Shown here piece by piece: positions 13,481 to 25,334 of a stretch of DNA of 64,000 nucleotides. Below the pieces are notes generated by a model. It saw nothing but the letters and a program-made list of their open reading frames with translations. It was not told where the DNA came from and did no database searches. Positions within the stretch are counted from its first letter, which is position 1, and every line of letters starts with the position of its first letter. This stretch comes from Squalus acanthias (Eukaryota). The stretch spans positions 177,260,001-177,324,000 of the forward strand of contig CM059425.1 of assembly GCA_030390025.1 (NCBI GenBank), given 5' to 3'. The translations under genes and the position numbers were made by a program.

Positions 13481-14179
13481 CTTCATTTGTTTTGCAATCT
13501 TCTCCTTATTCCTTTTTTAAAGGCCTGGGTATGATTTTATGGCCATCTAGTACCTCACAGGAGTGGGCCAATGCTATCCTCACTCAATATTGTAATACAT
13601 ATACTTTCCAGGTGGGATAGCAGTCAACACTAGAAATCAGAGCTGATTTTTTTTCCTCCTCAGCACAGGGGCACAATGGGCAATTGCAATGCTTCTGTGC
13701 CACGCTGGCTAAGATCAGCTAATTCACTGTAGCTCAGGGATTTTTCTGATCTTTACAACTCATCACATTATGCAGTCCCCCGTTGAATCATCAATTGTCA
13801 CTTTAATCATTTAAAGTATTTAGAGATTTTCCTTTTTTACTGACAAAAGGGAAGAAATTGTTTCTATTGTGGTAGAGAATTTTATCATTAAAGAAGGAAC
13901 AGGATGTGAAGCTTTTTAAAGCAAATGCAGCACTTAGTGAAAACATCTTTACTGGTCATTGCTACAATTTGTTATCTAAGTAAGAAGTGATTTCTCCTTA
14001 AGTTATGCTGAATATATGTCTTTTAAACTTGATTATGTCCCTGCTTTTTTCCTGTTGTATGTTATATTAATTTTGTATGCTTTCCAATTGCCTCTCGCCT
14101 AAATCATTAACTTGGAGAACTACTACAAGCTCCTGTTAAGCTGCATCAGCCCTATTATGTTTGTTTAATTTTATTTTAG

Positions 14180-14274
14180 CTCCCAGTAAACACAAAACAT
14201 TTAATTGGCCATTCTTTATTTGTGTGCCTGGACAACGTGCATTGACAAGCTAGTTGACGTTAGAGACATTGAAG
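14180..14274 (+). pseudogene. Candidate decayed exon (..LAILYLCAWTTCIDKLVDVRDIE)
   Basis: TTTTATTTTAG acceptor and AAG|GTAAGC donor; every frame has stops; best frame ends in phase 1, compatible with 14919. Confidence 0.4.
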
Positions 14275-14918
14275 GTAAGCCATTTACTGCCCTCATCTGA
14301 TATCTATTCATGTGGACTTTCCAGCATGGCTCACAAAATATTGATTAGAAGTGGGAATCCGGGCTGATATTTTCCTGTACAATCACCATTGGTAACTACA
14401 ATATCAATCAATCTTATAATTGTATACTTCACATTATTGAATCAACTAATAATATCGTGAAGGAGTTGGAAAATCAGAGATAAACTCATACCCTAACCCA
14501 CTACAGATTCTGATTCAAATAATAATTGTCTAGGTTCTTATTAAACTAACAATAGCAGTCCAAACTCTGATTAATTGAAGTAAGAAGAATTCTCAGCTTC
14601 AATCTATTTTGGTTAGTTCAAAGTCAAACTTTTCTTGAGTGGTTTGGCTCACAATTCAGATCACTATAAACCTAAGGACTGTTGAGACTTATTAATTTGT
14701 AGGAGGTAGTGAGCGTGATAGGTCATATTGACTGAAGCAAAGAAATATCCTCCACCAGAAACACACAGCACCTTTAAAACCTTGGAATGAGAATATCCAG
14801 CCTCAACTGCACAATGTGCAAGAGCCTATTTATACTAATCAAATTATTCTAGGATAAATTGCATATAGATTCAATAAAACAATGAATATAATATCCAGTC
14901 GAAGCTCTGTTGATATAG

Positions 14919-15052
14919 GTAGTTTTAGTGCTAAGAATCTGGAATCTTCCAAGACTGCAGTGAATGAGCCATCAATATTTGTAGCATTTTCAGTTGCCTG
15001 GCAACACAGGAGTGAAGAAGCCATTATTGCACTTTAGCATTGTGCCACAAAT
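14919..15052 (+). pseudogene. Candidate decayed exon (GSFSAKNLESSKTAVNEPSIFVAFSVAWQHRSEEAIIAL*HCATN)
   Basis: Weak TAG acceptor at 14918, strong GTAAGT donor at 15053; one in-frame TAG. Confidence 0.35.
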
Positions 15053-15489
15053 GTAAGTCGTGATGCTTAAGTTTGTTGTCGTGACTGACCTTTGCATACA
15101 TTTATTGTTAGCAATGATTAGAACTGAGCTAATATAGTGTCGTCCCATTTGGGATCCTTTTTAAAAAGATATTTTTGAATAATGCCTGACGACTATTGCT
15201 TTAATGTAAGAGAGAAAACGTGCAATCTCTTCCACTAATAACAGTGTAAAGATTTGAACAGGTTCACTGCTCTCTTGTTTTGGCACAGATCTGCATACAG
15301 CATTGTGTATCATTTTCATCAGCCTGGATGGATAGCTTCTCTTTCTCATATTTCTGCCACATTGCTGAGTGCTGACAAGTCTCATAACATTATAGAATAT
15401 TACAGTGCAGGAACAGGCCATTCAGCCCATCTACACCGGTGTTTTCTCCATGAATCGTGCTCAACAACAACGACTTGCATTTATATAGT

Positions 15490-15667
15490 GGGGCAGAATT
15501 TCCATGGGGGCAACTTCCAATCGTCCGCCTCACCTTTGGTGGAAGATCAGCACAAACCACAGAGAAGCAGTGTAAATGACTTTTTAAGCTGCTTTTCCAG
15601 GGTTTTCAGCAGTCTCCCACCGAAAATATGGCGGGACATTGGGACAAGCTCCGCAGAAATTCCAGGC
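15490..15667. mobile_element. Short Harbinger-type MITE inside a SINE/L2 tail
   Basis: GGGGCAGAATTTCC...GAAATTCCAGGC termini interrupting the ACAACAACGACTTGCATTTATATAG...TTTAATG tail. Confidence 0.55.
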
Positions 15668-15697
15668 AAGTTTCTTTAATGTTATAAATGTCCCAAG

Positions 15698-15912
15698 TGA
15701 CGTAATAAAGACTCACTACGCACTTGAACATAAAGCAAGGCTTTAATCAACTTGTAACAAAACATGGAGGTCTAGTTAGCAGTCACTAGCTTCCTGTTTC
15801 CAGATTGTCTCTGCCCAAGGTGGGCCCATGCCTGAGTATTTATACTCCCTGGACGGCGCCCCAGCTGGCCACCCAGTAGTACTTCCTGAGTTGTTACTTG
15901 CGATTTATGACA
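15698..15912 (-). mobile_element. Solo LTR (215 bp)
   Basis: TG...CA ends with short inverted termini (TGACGTAA/TTATGACA), perfect 5-bp TSD CCAAG (15693-15697, 15913-15917); TATAAATA and ATTAAA on the minus strand in the expected order. Confidence 0.85.
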
Positions 15913-17719
15913 CCAAGCATTTCACAATGAAAATAGATAGAGGAATGGATGTTAAATCATGGATGGAGAGATTAGGAAGGGTGGCTGAGAGCTTGGTTGA
16001 AATGATGGGTTTTGAGAATATTTTTAAAGGTGGAGAAAGAAGTGGAGAGGCAGAGGGGGTTAAACATAGAAAACATAGAAGATAGGAGCAGGAGTCAGCC
16101 ATTCGGCCCCTCGAGCCTGCTCCGCCATTTAATGAGATCATGGCTGATCATCCAAATTCAGTACCCTGTCCCTGCTTTCTCCCCATATCCCTTGATCCCT
16201 TTAGCCTTAAGAAATATATCTAACTCCTTCTTGAATATATTTAATGAATTGGCCTCAACTGCCTTCTGTGGTAGAGAATTCCACAGGTTCACCACTCTCT
16301 GGGTGAAGAAATTCCTCCTCATCTCAGTCCTAAATGGCTTACCCCTTATCCTTAGACTGTGCACTCCCCAGCCATCGGGAACATCCTTCCTGCATCTAGT
16401 CTGTCTAGTCCTGTTAGAATTTTATAAGTTTCAATGAGATCCCCTCTCATTCTAAACTCCAGCGAATACAAGCCCAATCGTCCCAATCTCTCTTCATACG
16501 TCATTCCTGCCATCCCAGGTATCAGTCTGGTGAATCTTCGCTGCACTCCCTCCATGGCAAGAACATCTTTCCTCAGATAAGGCGACCAAAACAGCACACA
16601 ATACTCAAGGTGTGGTCTCACCAAGGCCCTGTACAACTGCAGCAAGACATCCTTGCTCCTGTACTCGAATCCTCTCGCTATGAAGGCCAACATACCATTT
16701 GCCTTCTTAACCGTCTGCTACACCTGCATGCTTACCTTCAATGACTGGTGCACAAGGACTCCCAGGTCTCGTTGCACTTCCCCTTTTCCCAATCTAATGC
16801 CGTTCAGATAATAATCTGCCTTCCTGTTTTTGCCACCAAAGTGGATAACCTCGCATTTATCCACATTATACTGCATCTGCCATGCATCTGCCCAATCACC
16901 CAACTTGTCCAAATCATACTGCAGTTTCTCTGCATCCTCCTCACAACACACACGCCCACCCAGCTTTGTGTCGTCTGCAAACTTGGAGATATTACATCTA
17001 GTTCCCTCATTTAGATCATAAATATATATTGTGAATAACTGGGGTCCTAGCACCGATCCCTGCGGTACCCCACTAGTTACTGCCTGCCACTCGGAAAAAG
17101 ACCCGTTTATTCCAACTCTTTGCTTCCTGTCTGCCAACCAGTTCTCTATCCAAGTTAGTACCTTACCCCCAATCCCATGTGCTTTAACTTTGCATGCTAA
17201 TCTCTTATGCGGGACCTTATTGAAAGCCTTCTGAAAGTCCAAATACACCACATCCACTGGCTCTCCCTTATCTATTCTACCAGTTACATCCTCAAAAAAT
17301 TCCAGTAGATTAGTCAAACATGATTTACCTTTTGTAAATCCATGTTGACTTTGTCCAATCCTGTCACTGTTTTCCAAGTGCTCTGCTATTACATCTTTTA
17401 TAATGGACTCTAGCATTTTCCCCACTACCGATGTCAGGTTTACCGGTCTATAATTCCCCATTTTCTCTCTCCCACCTTTTTTAAATAGTGGGGTTACATT
17501 AGCTACCCTCTAATCCATGAGAACTATTCCAGAGTCTATAGAATTTTGGAAGATGACCAGCAATGCATCTATTATTTCTAGGGCCACTTCCTTAAGTACC
17601 CTAGGATGTAGATTATCAGGCCCTAGGGATTTATCGGCCTTCAATCCCATCAATTTCCCTAACACGATTTCCCTACAAATACTGATTTCATTCAGTTCTT
17701 CCCTCTCATTAGACCCTAT

Positions 17720-18619
17720 GGGGGAGAAATTCAGTATCGCGCCATTTGGGCGCAATTATCGGCCGGGCACAAAGATTAGCGCCTGGCGCTAATTATCGCC
17801 TCCGACTGCAAACTTGACTTTTATCGCCCCTGGAGGTGATTGGAGCGCTAAATCAGGCGCTACACATCTGTCTTAAGGCGCAAAGGCCGAGGAGCGAGGC
17901 GCTAACTCAGAGCGCTGGCGAAGCTCATGTGATGTCAGTCAGCAATGGAACACAGACACAATGGCGCCGGCCAGTTCTTAAAGGGGAGGGCTGATTTTGC
18001 TTTCCATCCACATCCTGCTCATTGCAGCCTTGAATCTCGGCCTGGAAAGACCAGTACATCAAATCTGCTGGAAAGAACAATGGAGAGTACCAGGGAAAGA
18101 GCTCAGAGTGCAGCCCCCACAATCTCTTCTAAATCGATACAAGGAAGGGCAAATCAAAATGAACCTGCAAAGTGCTGCTCAGTACCCAAAACTCCTTCAC
18201 ACAGCGTTGAATCTGTCCAGAAGTCTCTCTCTCTCTCTCTCTCTCTCTCAGAATGCGTGGTTCAAAAATGTCAGCAACAAAAAAAGGCAAGAAGCGGTCG
18301 CCTTTAAATAGCGCTCCCCCAGTCCCTTCCTGACTGCAAAACCATCCCCTACACCTGTCGTTCCTAGCGGCAGCCAGTAAGGCAGGGGGCGCCACTCAAT
18401 ATCCGCTCCGGGGCGCTACCGGGGTGTTGTGCACTCGACTGCCGTCACGATCTGCTGGTGCAGGAGATCGTGGCGGTAGTGTTTAGCGCTGCCGCAAAAT
18501 GTCTAGTTAATTGCGCGAGCGGCGCAAACATCGCCGTGCCTGGGCGCTAGTTGCTTTACGCCCCATTAGCGCCCTGTTAAGGCACTAACGGGACGCGCAA
18601 CCAACTGAATTTTCCCCCC
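17720..18619. mobile_element. PIF/Harbinger non-autonomous deletion derivative (900 bp)
   Basis: 16-bp TIR GGGGG(AG/GA)AAATTCAGT, perfect 3-bp TSD TAT (17717-17719, 18620-18622); CR1 reads through when it is removed. Confidence 0.93.
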
Positions 18620-20026
18620 TATGTTCCCCGACATCTCTGGGAGGTTATTTGTGTCCTCCTCTGTGAAGACAGAACCAAAGTATATATTTAATTGGTCCAC
18701 CATTTCTTTGTTCCCCATTATAAATTCCCCTGATTCTGACTGCAAGGGACCTACGCTTGACTGCACCAATCTTTTTCTCTTCACATATCTATAGAAGCTT
18801 TTACAGTCAGTTTTTATGTTCCCTGAAAGCTTACTCTCATACTCTATTTTCCCCCTCTTAATTAATCGCTTTGTCCTCCTTTGCTGAATCCTAAACTGCT
18901 CCCAATCCTCAGGTTTGCTGCTTTTTCTGGCCAATTTATATGTCCTCTCCTTGGATCTTATGCTATCCCTAATTTCCCTTGTTAGCCACGGTTGAGTCAC
19001 CTTTTTTGTATTATTTTATGCCAAACAGGGATGAACAAATTCTGTAGTTCATCCATGCGATCTTTAAATGTTTGCCATTGCCTATCCACTGTCAACCCTT
19101 TAAGTAGCATTCCCCAATCCATCCTAGCCAATTCGCGCCTCATACCATCGTAGTTTCCATTATTTAAATTCAGGACCCTAGTCTCTGAGTCAACTACTTC
19201 ACTCTCCATCTTAATGAAGAATTTGATCATATTATGATCGCTCCTCCCCAAGGGGCCTCGCACAACAAGATTGCTAATTAATCCTTTCTCATTACATAAT
19301 GCCCAGTCTAAGATGGCCTGATCTCTAGTTGGTTCCTCAACATATTGGTCCAGGAAACCATCCCGTATACACTCTAGGAATTCCTCCTCCACAGTATTGT
19401 TACTAATTTGGTTAGCCCAATCTATATGTAGATTAAAGTCACCCATGATAACTGTTGTGCCCTTATTGCACGCATCTCTAATTTCCCGTTTAATGCCATC
19501 CCCAACCTCAGCATTACTGTTTGGGGTCTGTATACAACTCCCACTAATGTTTTCTGCCCCTTGGTATTTCTCAGCTCTACCCATACAGATTCCACATCAT
19601 CAGAGCTAATATCCTTCCTTACTATTGTGTTAATCTCCTCTTTAACCAGAAATGCTACCCCACCTCCTTTTCCTTTTTGCCTGTCTTTCCTGAATATTGA
19701 ATACCCCTGGATGTTGATTTCCCAGCCTTGGTCACCCTGGAGCCATGTCTCCGTAATCCCAATTATATCATATCCGTTTACATCTATTTGCGCAGCTAAT
19801 TCATCTACCTTATTACGAATGCTCCTCGCATTAAGACACAAAGCCTTCAGGCTTGTTTTTTTAACACTCTTATTCCTTTTAGAATTATTATTTACTGTGG
19901 CCATGTTTGATTTACACCCTTGATTTCTCTGACTGCCACTTTTGCTTTTCTCCTTCCTGTCTTTTGCTTCTATCCTTGCTTCCCTTTCCTCTGTCTCCCT
20001 GCACAGGTTCCCAACCCCCTGCCATT

Positions 20027-20790
20027 TTAGTTTAAACCCTCCCCAACAGCACTAGCAAACACTCCCCCTAGGACAGCAGTCCCGGTCCTGCCCAGGTGCA
20101 AACCGTCCAGTTTGTACTGGTCCCACCTCCCCCTGAACCCGTTCCAATGTCCCAGGAATTTGAATCCCTCCCCCTTGCACCATTCCTCTAGCCACATATT
20201 CATCTGAAATATCCTTCTATTTCTACTCTGACTAGCACGTGGCACTGGTAGCAATCCTGAGATTACTACCTTTGAGGTCCTATTTTTTAATTTACCTCCT
20301 AACTCCCTATATTCAGCTTTTAGGCCCTCATCCCGGTTTTTACCTATATCGTTGGTACCTATATGCACCACGATAACTGGCTGTTCACCCTCCCTCTCCA
20401 GAATGCCGTGCAGCCGCTCCGAGACATCCTTGACCCTTGCACCAGGGAGGCTATATAGCATCCTGGAGTCTCGTTTGCAGCCGCAGAAACGCCTATCTAT
20501 TCCCCTTACAATAGAATCCCCTATCACTATAGCTCTCCCGCTCTTTTTCCTCCCGTCCTGTGCAGCAGAACCACCCATGGTGCCAGGAAGTTGGCTGCTG
20601 CTGCCTTCCCCCGATAAGCCATCTCCCTCAACAATATCCAAAGCAGTATATCTGTTTGAGAGGGGGATGGCCACAGGGGACCCCTGAACTACCTGCCTGC
20701 GTCCACTACTCTGCCTGGCGGTCACCCATTCCCTTCCTGTCTGTGCAGTCTTTACCTGCGGTGTGACCAACTGATTAAACGTGCTATCCA
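20027..20790 (-). CDS. CR1 ORF1p SGNH/GDSL esterase domain (5'-truncated)
   Basis: IVIGDSIVRG, VVHIGTND and DGLHL motifs; N-terminal zinc finger missing. Confidence 0.88.
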
Positions 20791-21246
20791 GAGAGAAAGG
20801 CTGAAGTGGCTGAAGGATCCAATGCCAGGATGAAAATGGGCGGTAGGGGTTGGGGGGCAATGCTCAAGGCCAGAATAAGAGGAACTAAGGGTTTATAAGG
20901 GGATGTAAGGCTATAGGAGGTTGCAGGGATAGGGTGGAGTGAGGGCATGGAGGTATTTGAAGACAAGAAAAAAGATTTTAAATTTAATGCATTGGAGGAC
21001 ACAGACCCAATGTAGGTTAACAAGGACAGAGGTATTTGGAGAGTGGGAGTTAGGATAGGGTATGGGCTGCTATATTTTTGACAAGTTGGAGTTTATAGAG
21101 GGTGGAGAATGGGAGGCCAGCAAGGCAAGCATTGGAATAATTGAACCTCGAGGTGACAAAAGCATGGATATGGGTGTCATTGGTGGAGGAGCTGAGGTTA
21201 GAGTGGAGATGGGATATGTTGCAGAAATAGAAGTAAGCAATCTTAG

Positions 21247-21518
21247 TAGGGTTGCCAACTCTGGTTGGACATATTCCTGAAGGTTTCATCACATGACATC
21301 TCACCTCTAACTGACCCGTCCAGTCAAACAGCCATTTTTTCCCATCTACAATATTTTTATAACTAATAAATTAAAGTGTTCAAAGAAAATGTTTAAAAAA
21401 CCCACAATTTTTTTAATGTCCCTAGGATTTTTCTCCTATCTTGCTTGTAGCAATGTCCAGTAGATAAATCTTTAATTTCTGGAAACTCCAGGACAATCCT
21501 GGAGTGTTGGCAACCCTA
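21247..21518. mobile_element. hAT (Blackjack-like) MITE
   Basis: 13-bp TIR TAGGGTTGCCAAC; 8-bp TSD AATCTTAG (21239-21246) / AGTCTTAG (about 24656-24663, displaced by the Harbinger insertion). Confidence 0.8.
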
Positions 21519-21519
21519 A

Positions 21520-24500
21520 GGGCTCGATTTTAATTCCTGAGGCGGGTTGGAGTCGGGTTGCGTGGTGGGCGGGTTCAGGAGCTGCTTCCAGTGGGAACAG
21601 CTGCAGAGTTGCGATTTTTATTAAAGTACCTTGTTAATTTCATGGAGGCGCGCTGGCCGGTCCAATGAGTGGGATCGGGCCGGCTGACCGCCTCTGATGA
21701 CATCATAATAGCAGCTCCTTTTAAAGCTGCCATCCAGCCTGAGCCTTTCCATTGTGGTTTCCTGCACTTCTTTTCACAGCTGTGACTTCTTCCAGAGGCA
21801 AGGCAGCTCCTCGTTTTAATGATGAGTCCCTCCAAGTTCTTGTCGATTCTGTCAGAGGGCGCAGGGAGATTCTCTTCCCTCCTGATGGCTGGAGGAAGCC
21901 TCCTCAGCAGACCAAGGCAGCCTGGCTGCGCATTGCTCAGGAGGTGAGCGCAAGGTCCATTTATGCACGCTCATGGATCCAGTGCCGCAAAAGGTTTAAT
22001 GATCTTGTGAGAACATCAAAAGTGAGTATCCCATCTCACTTGCCTTCACTCTGCTTCCCTTCTCTTCTCATCACCAGCACTCTGCGTTGTAAGCCTCCTC
22101 CTTCACATCCCACCTTACTCTTACTTCCCTTGCACCCTTTCCTATCCATCTCTGTCTCTGCACTGAATCACTTCAGCATCCTGCCTATGCACCCTTTAGA
22201 CTCGCACTCACTGTCATGCAGTGACAACAACTAACAACGCACAGGGAGATACCTTCCTCTTGGCACCTTACCCCATCTTTGTCTCACTCAAAGCTGCTAT
22301 GGTAGGGATTCATCACACTCACTCCATCACTGTGGCTGAAACACCACTTGTGTCCCTCCTTGCAGGAAAAGATAGCCCACAATAAGAGGGAGAGAGCAAT
22401 GACTGGAGGAGGAACACCTACCCTTGCAACATTGACCAGTGCTGAGGAGGCAGCAAACGAGATTGTTGGAGGTGGCGAGGACCTGGAAGTGGGTGATGGA
22501 GAGACCTGCACACTAGAGGAAGCTGGTGACATAATAGATTTTCATCCCTCTCAGAAAGCAATGGAATATGATGTTCATAGAGAATCACTTTGTATCATCT
22601 GCTCAAAAGGATGTGTCTGCTACATCAATATCAGATGTCTCACTCAAGCCTTTACTCTCCCACAGGATCATCGAGTGCCCCCCTCCCCACGATCCAGGAC
22701 GAAGACCCGGACAACTCCTCAGAGGAACCTGAAGCCTCTGAGGAACCAGCGTCACCAGGACTCAACGCACCCAGCACCAGCGCAGCAACGCACACTTCGG
22801 TGGGGCCATCACGAGTTAGAGTAGTGTTGCCACCTGGTCTATCACAGCGCACAAGTGAGCATCAGCAGATGGTGGAGACAGCGACAGCGACAGCAGTGGA
22901 GAGTCCTCTGCGGAGGTTGCAAGACTCTCCTAGCTCTGCTGAGCTGCATGCAGACGCTGTGACTCTAGGGCCATCCAGAAAAAGAGCGGTTCGTGAAATA
23001 CAGGAACAAGTGCAGGTGTCTCTGGAAGGGTTTGCCTCCAGGGTTAGTGCGAGTGTGGAGAGAATGGAGGAGTCCATCTCTAACATCAGCACTGCCGTGG
23101 TGGAGGCAATGGCGCATGAACGCACCACCATGGATAGGATGGCAACCTCCGTGGAAAGGATGGCTACCTCAGAGGAAAGGATGGCTACGGCCATGGAGGA
23201 AATAAGTCGCCAGAGTCAGGAAAACATGGTGACTGTTCAGAATAGAATGTCATCTCTGGAGGAGCGATGGGCAACTATTGAGCAGAGAGACCAGAGCTTC
23301 ATGGACGTCCTTGTGATGAGAACTGCCAGTGCAGATACGAGTCCTCATGGCCCCCCTGAAGTGCAGCAAGGTGCTCTCCTGTCACTTGCCGGCACTGAGG
23401 TGCGGCTGACCCATGAGAGGGATGTTGTTGGCAGAACAGAAGGAAGTGTGGGCTCCTCTCAAAGCGCTCGCATTACCATGCCACAGCGGAGCCCTCGGTT
23501 AGAGACCCACTTTGCAAAGACAACTGAGATGGCCGTTTCAGCCCCTGCACAGCTGCAGGAAGAGCAGACTGCTGAAGAGCCCTCCCAGGCTCCCAAACCC
23601 AGAGGACGCCCGCCAAAGGCATCTAAGCAGGTGCAGCATCCTAGTCAGCAAGGTGCCCCTACATTTGCTGAAGCCACAGGAGAAGCACCACTTAGAAGCA
23701 CACATAAGAGAAAAAGTAAGCATCTATAGTCACAAGGGGACTCACTTGGGTGATGGTTCTTTTTTTTCTGACTATTGTTGGTATATTTTGTCATGTGTTA
23801 AAGATAAATTATGGCAAACAGTTGATTGTGTGGCCTATGTGTTCTGGGAAATGTCAAAAGCGCATTGAGGGCTCAGGGCGACTTACATTTGTAATGCTGA
23901 TGGTAACAGCGGTAGGAAATAAGAGGGTATAGCAGAGATGAAGTATGACAATGGACAAGTGTCACCTGCAATTACAGAGCCATATGGTGGCCACCTATGG
24001 TCGAAGAGTAAGCTTATATTAGTGTGGCATGGCAGTGTGCATACCCTGGTTGACGGGCAGCAGTGAACTGGAGGGATGCTGCATTGGTCACAACAGGGCA
24101 TGCAAGGCTCCCCTCATCCTCCTCCTACTCCTCTTCCCAGGAAAATATGTGGTGAGCCATGCGGCTTCTACTCCCCCGATTATGAGGACCAGGATGAGAG
24201 GGCATAAATGTTTCCCATCCCCTTGCTATAGATTTCAATTGAAGTAACAATCTTGCAAGTACACAGTCGAAGTGGCCTGAAATATTTCCATTCATGACAC
24301 ACTGCAGATGGGTGTCAGCATGAAGGTCAGTTGATGTGCAAAATGTTATCCCATACCTACAACAGCAAAGTTGTTGCATTTGAATGTCAGCCATGTTTCA
24401 GGGGCGCTTTTAAAGCGCTCCACCAATGCATACAAATCATGTCCTCCTGCAACTCGTCTCCTTGAACCTGGTCTGTTTCTGACTAGTCGGGAAACAGGAG

Positions 24501-24653
24501 CCAGTAGAAGGAAAATGGGAAACCACGATGAAGATAGGATTAGCAAGGCAGTTAACATGAAAATCGGGTGGGGGCGGGATGGTGGTTGTCTGAAGCCATT
24601 TTTCCTGATTTTCCCAACAGACCCGCCTCCTCAGGGCTATTAAAATCGAGCCC
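21520..24653. mobile_element. PIF/Harbinger element carrying only the Myb/SANT gene
   Basis: Perfect 15-bp TIR GGGCTCGATTTTAAT; inserted after TAA; contains a three-exon Myb/SANT gene and no recognisable transposase ORF. Confidence 0.92.
21782..23729 (+). CDS. Harbinger Myb/SANT-like DNA-binding protein, 3 exons (21782-22021, 22366-22525, 22666-23729)
   Basis: PRFNDESLQVLVDSV..AWLRIAQEVSA..RSWIQCRKRFNDL, then EKIAHNKRERAMTGGG, then a coiled-coil and basic tail. GT-AG introns in phases 0 and 1 give one open frame to TAG at 23729. The first codon reads GTG, so the start is uncertain. Confidence 0.85.
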
Positions 24654-25039
24654 ATAGTCTTAGTGATGGACAAAGTATAGGGTTGGAAGCTCAGCTCAGT
24701 CAAACAGGATGCCAAGGATTTGTAAGTTGCGGAGAGGTAGAGTTGGGTGTCATCAGCTGACCCCGTGCCTCAGATAATGTCACTGAAGGTAACATGTAGA
24801 TGAGGAAAAGAAGAGGGGCTAGAATAGTTCCTCGGGGGACACAGTGGTGACACCTGAATTGGGTTAGGTGACCACTTTGCCGAACACCTCTATTCTGTGG
24901 ACAAGTGCACGCTGAGCTGTCTACAGCTCAGCACTTTGACTCCTCCTCACTGTTCCAATTATGGTCAATAAAGGCTTCAAGAACAATATCTCATCTTTCT
25001 TTTAGGCACCCCGCAACCCATAGGTCAGAACATGACTAG

Positions 25040-25180
25040 ATGAATTTTCATTAGTTAAGGGTATCATGCAATATGGAGATAAGGCAGGCAAGTGGAGTTG
25101 AGGTACAGATCAGCCACGATCTAATAGAATAGAGGAGCCGACCTAAGGGGCTGAATGGTCTACTCCTGTTCTTATGTTCA
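25040..25180 (+). mobile_element. Short CR1 3' end fragment
   Basis: AAGGGTATC..GGCTGAATGGTCTACTCCTGTTCTTATGTTC tail. Confidence 0.7.
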
Positions 25181-25334
25181 GACTTTAGCTTTTTCCTCAT
25201 TTTCAAACCCGTTTTAAGTTCATACCTGACCCCCAAGTTTTCTATGTCTTCCATCTCTCCCATTTTTGTGCAATTCCCCAGGCTTTCTGCACCTTAGCAA
25301 TTTACACACCCTTTGACTAAGATGATCTATAATT

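Larger units (their letters stand above)
16063..20790 (-). mobile_element. Near full-length CR1 LINE (ORF1 esterase + ORF2 APE/RT, frameshifted)
   Basis: ORF1 piece 20027-20790; ORF2 pieces 19904-16158 (CLNARSIRNK, GITETW, MGDFNL, SDHN, QHGF, KFADDTK); (CATAGAAA)n tail; split by the MITE at 17720-18619. Confidence 0.95.
20790..24850 (-). mobile_element. L2-type LINE fragment split by a hAT-type MITE and a Harbinger
   Basis: TKIAYFYFCNI..HAFVTSRFNYSNACLAGLP at 21050-21246; L2-like sequence resumes at about 24656 (TCTTAGTGATGG..GGAAGCTCAGCTCAG). Confidence 0.75.
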
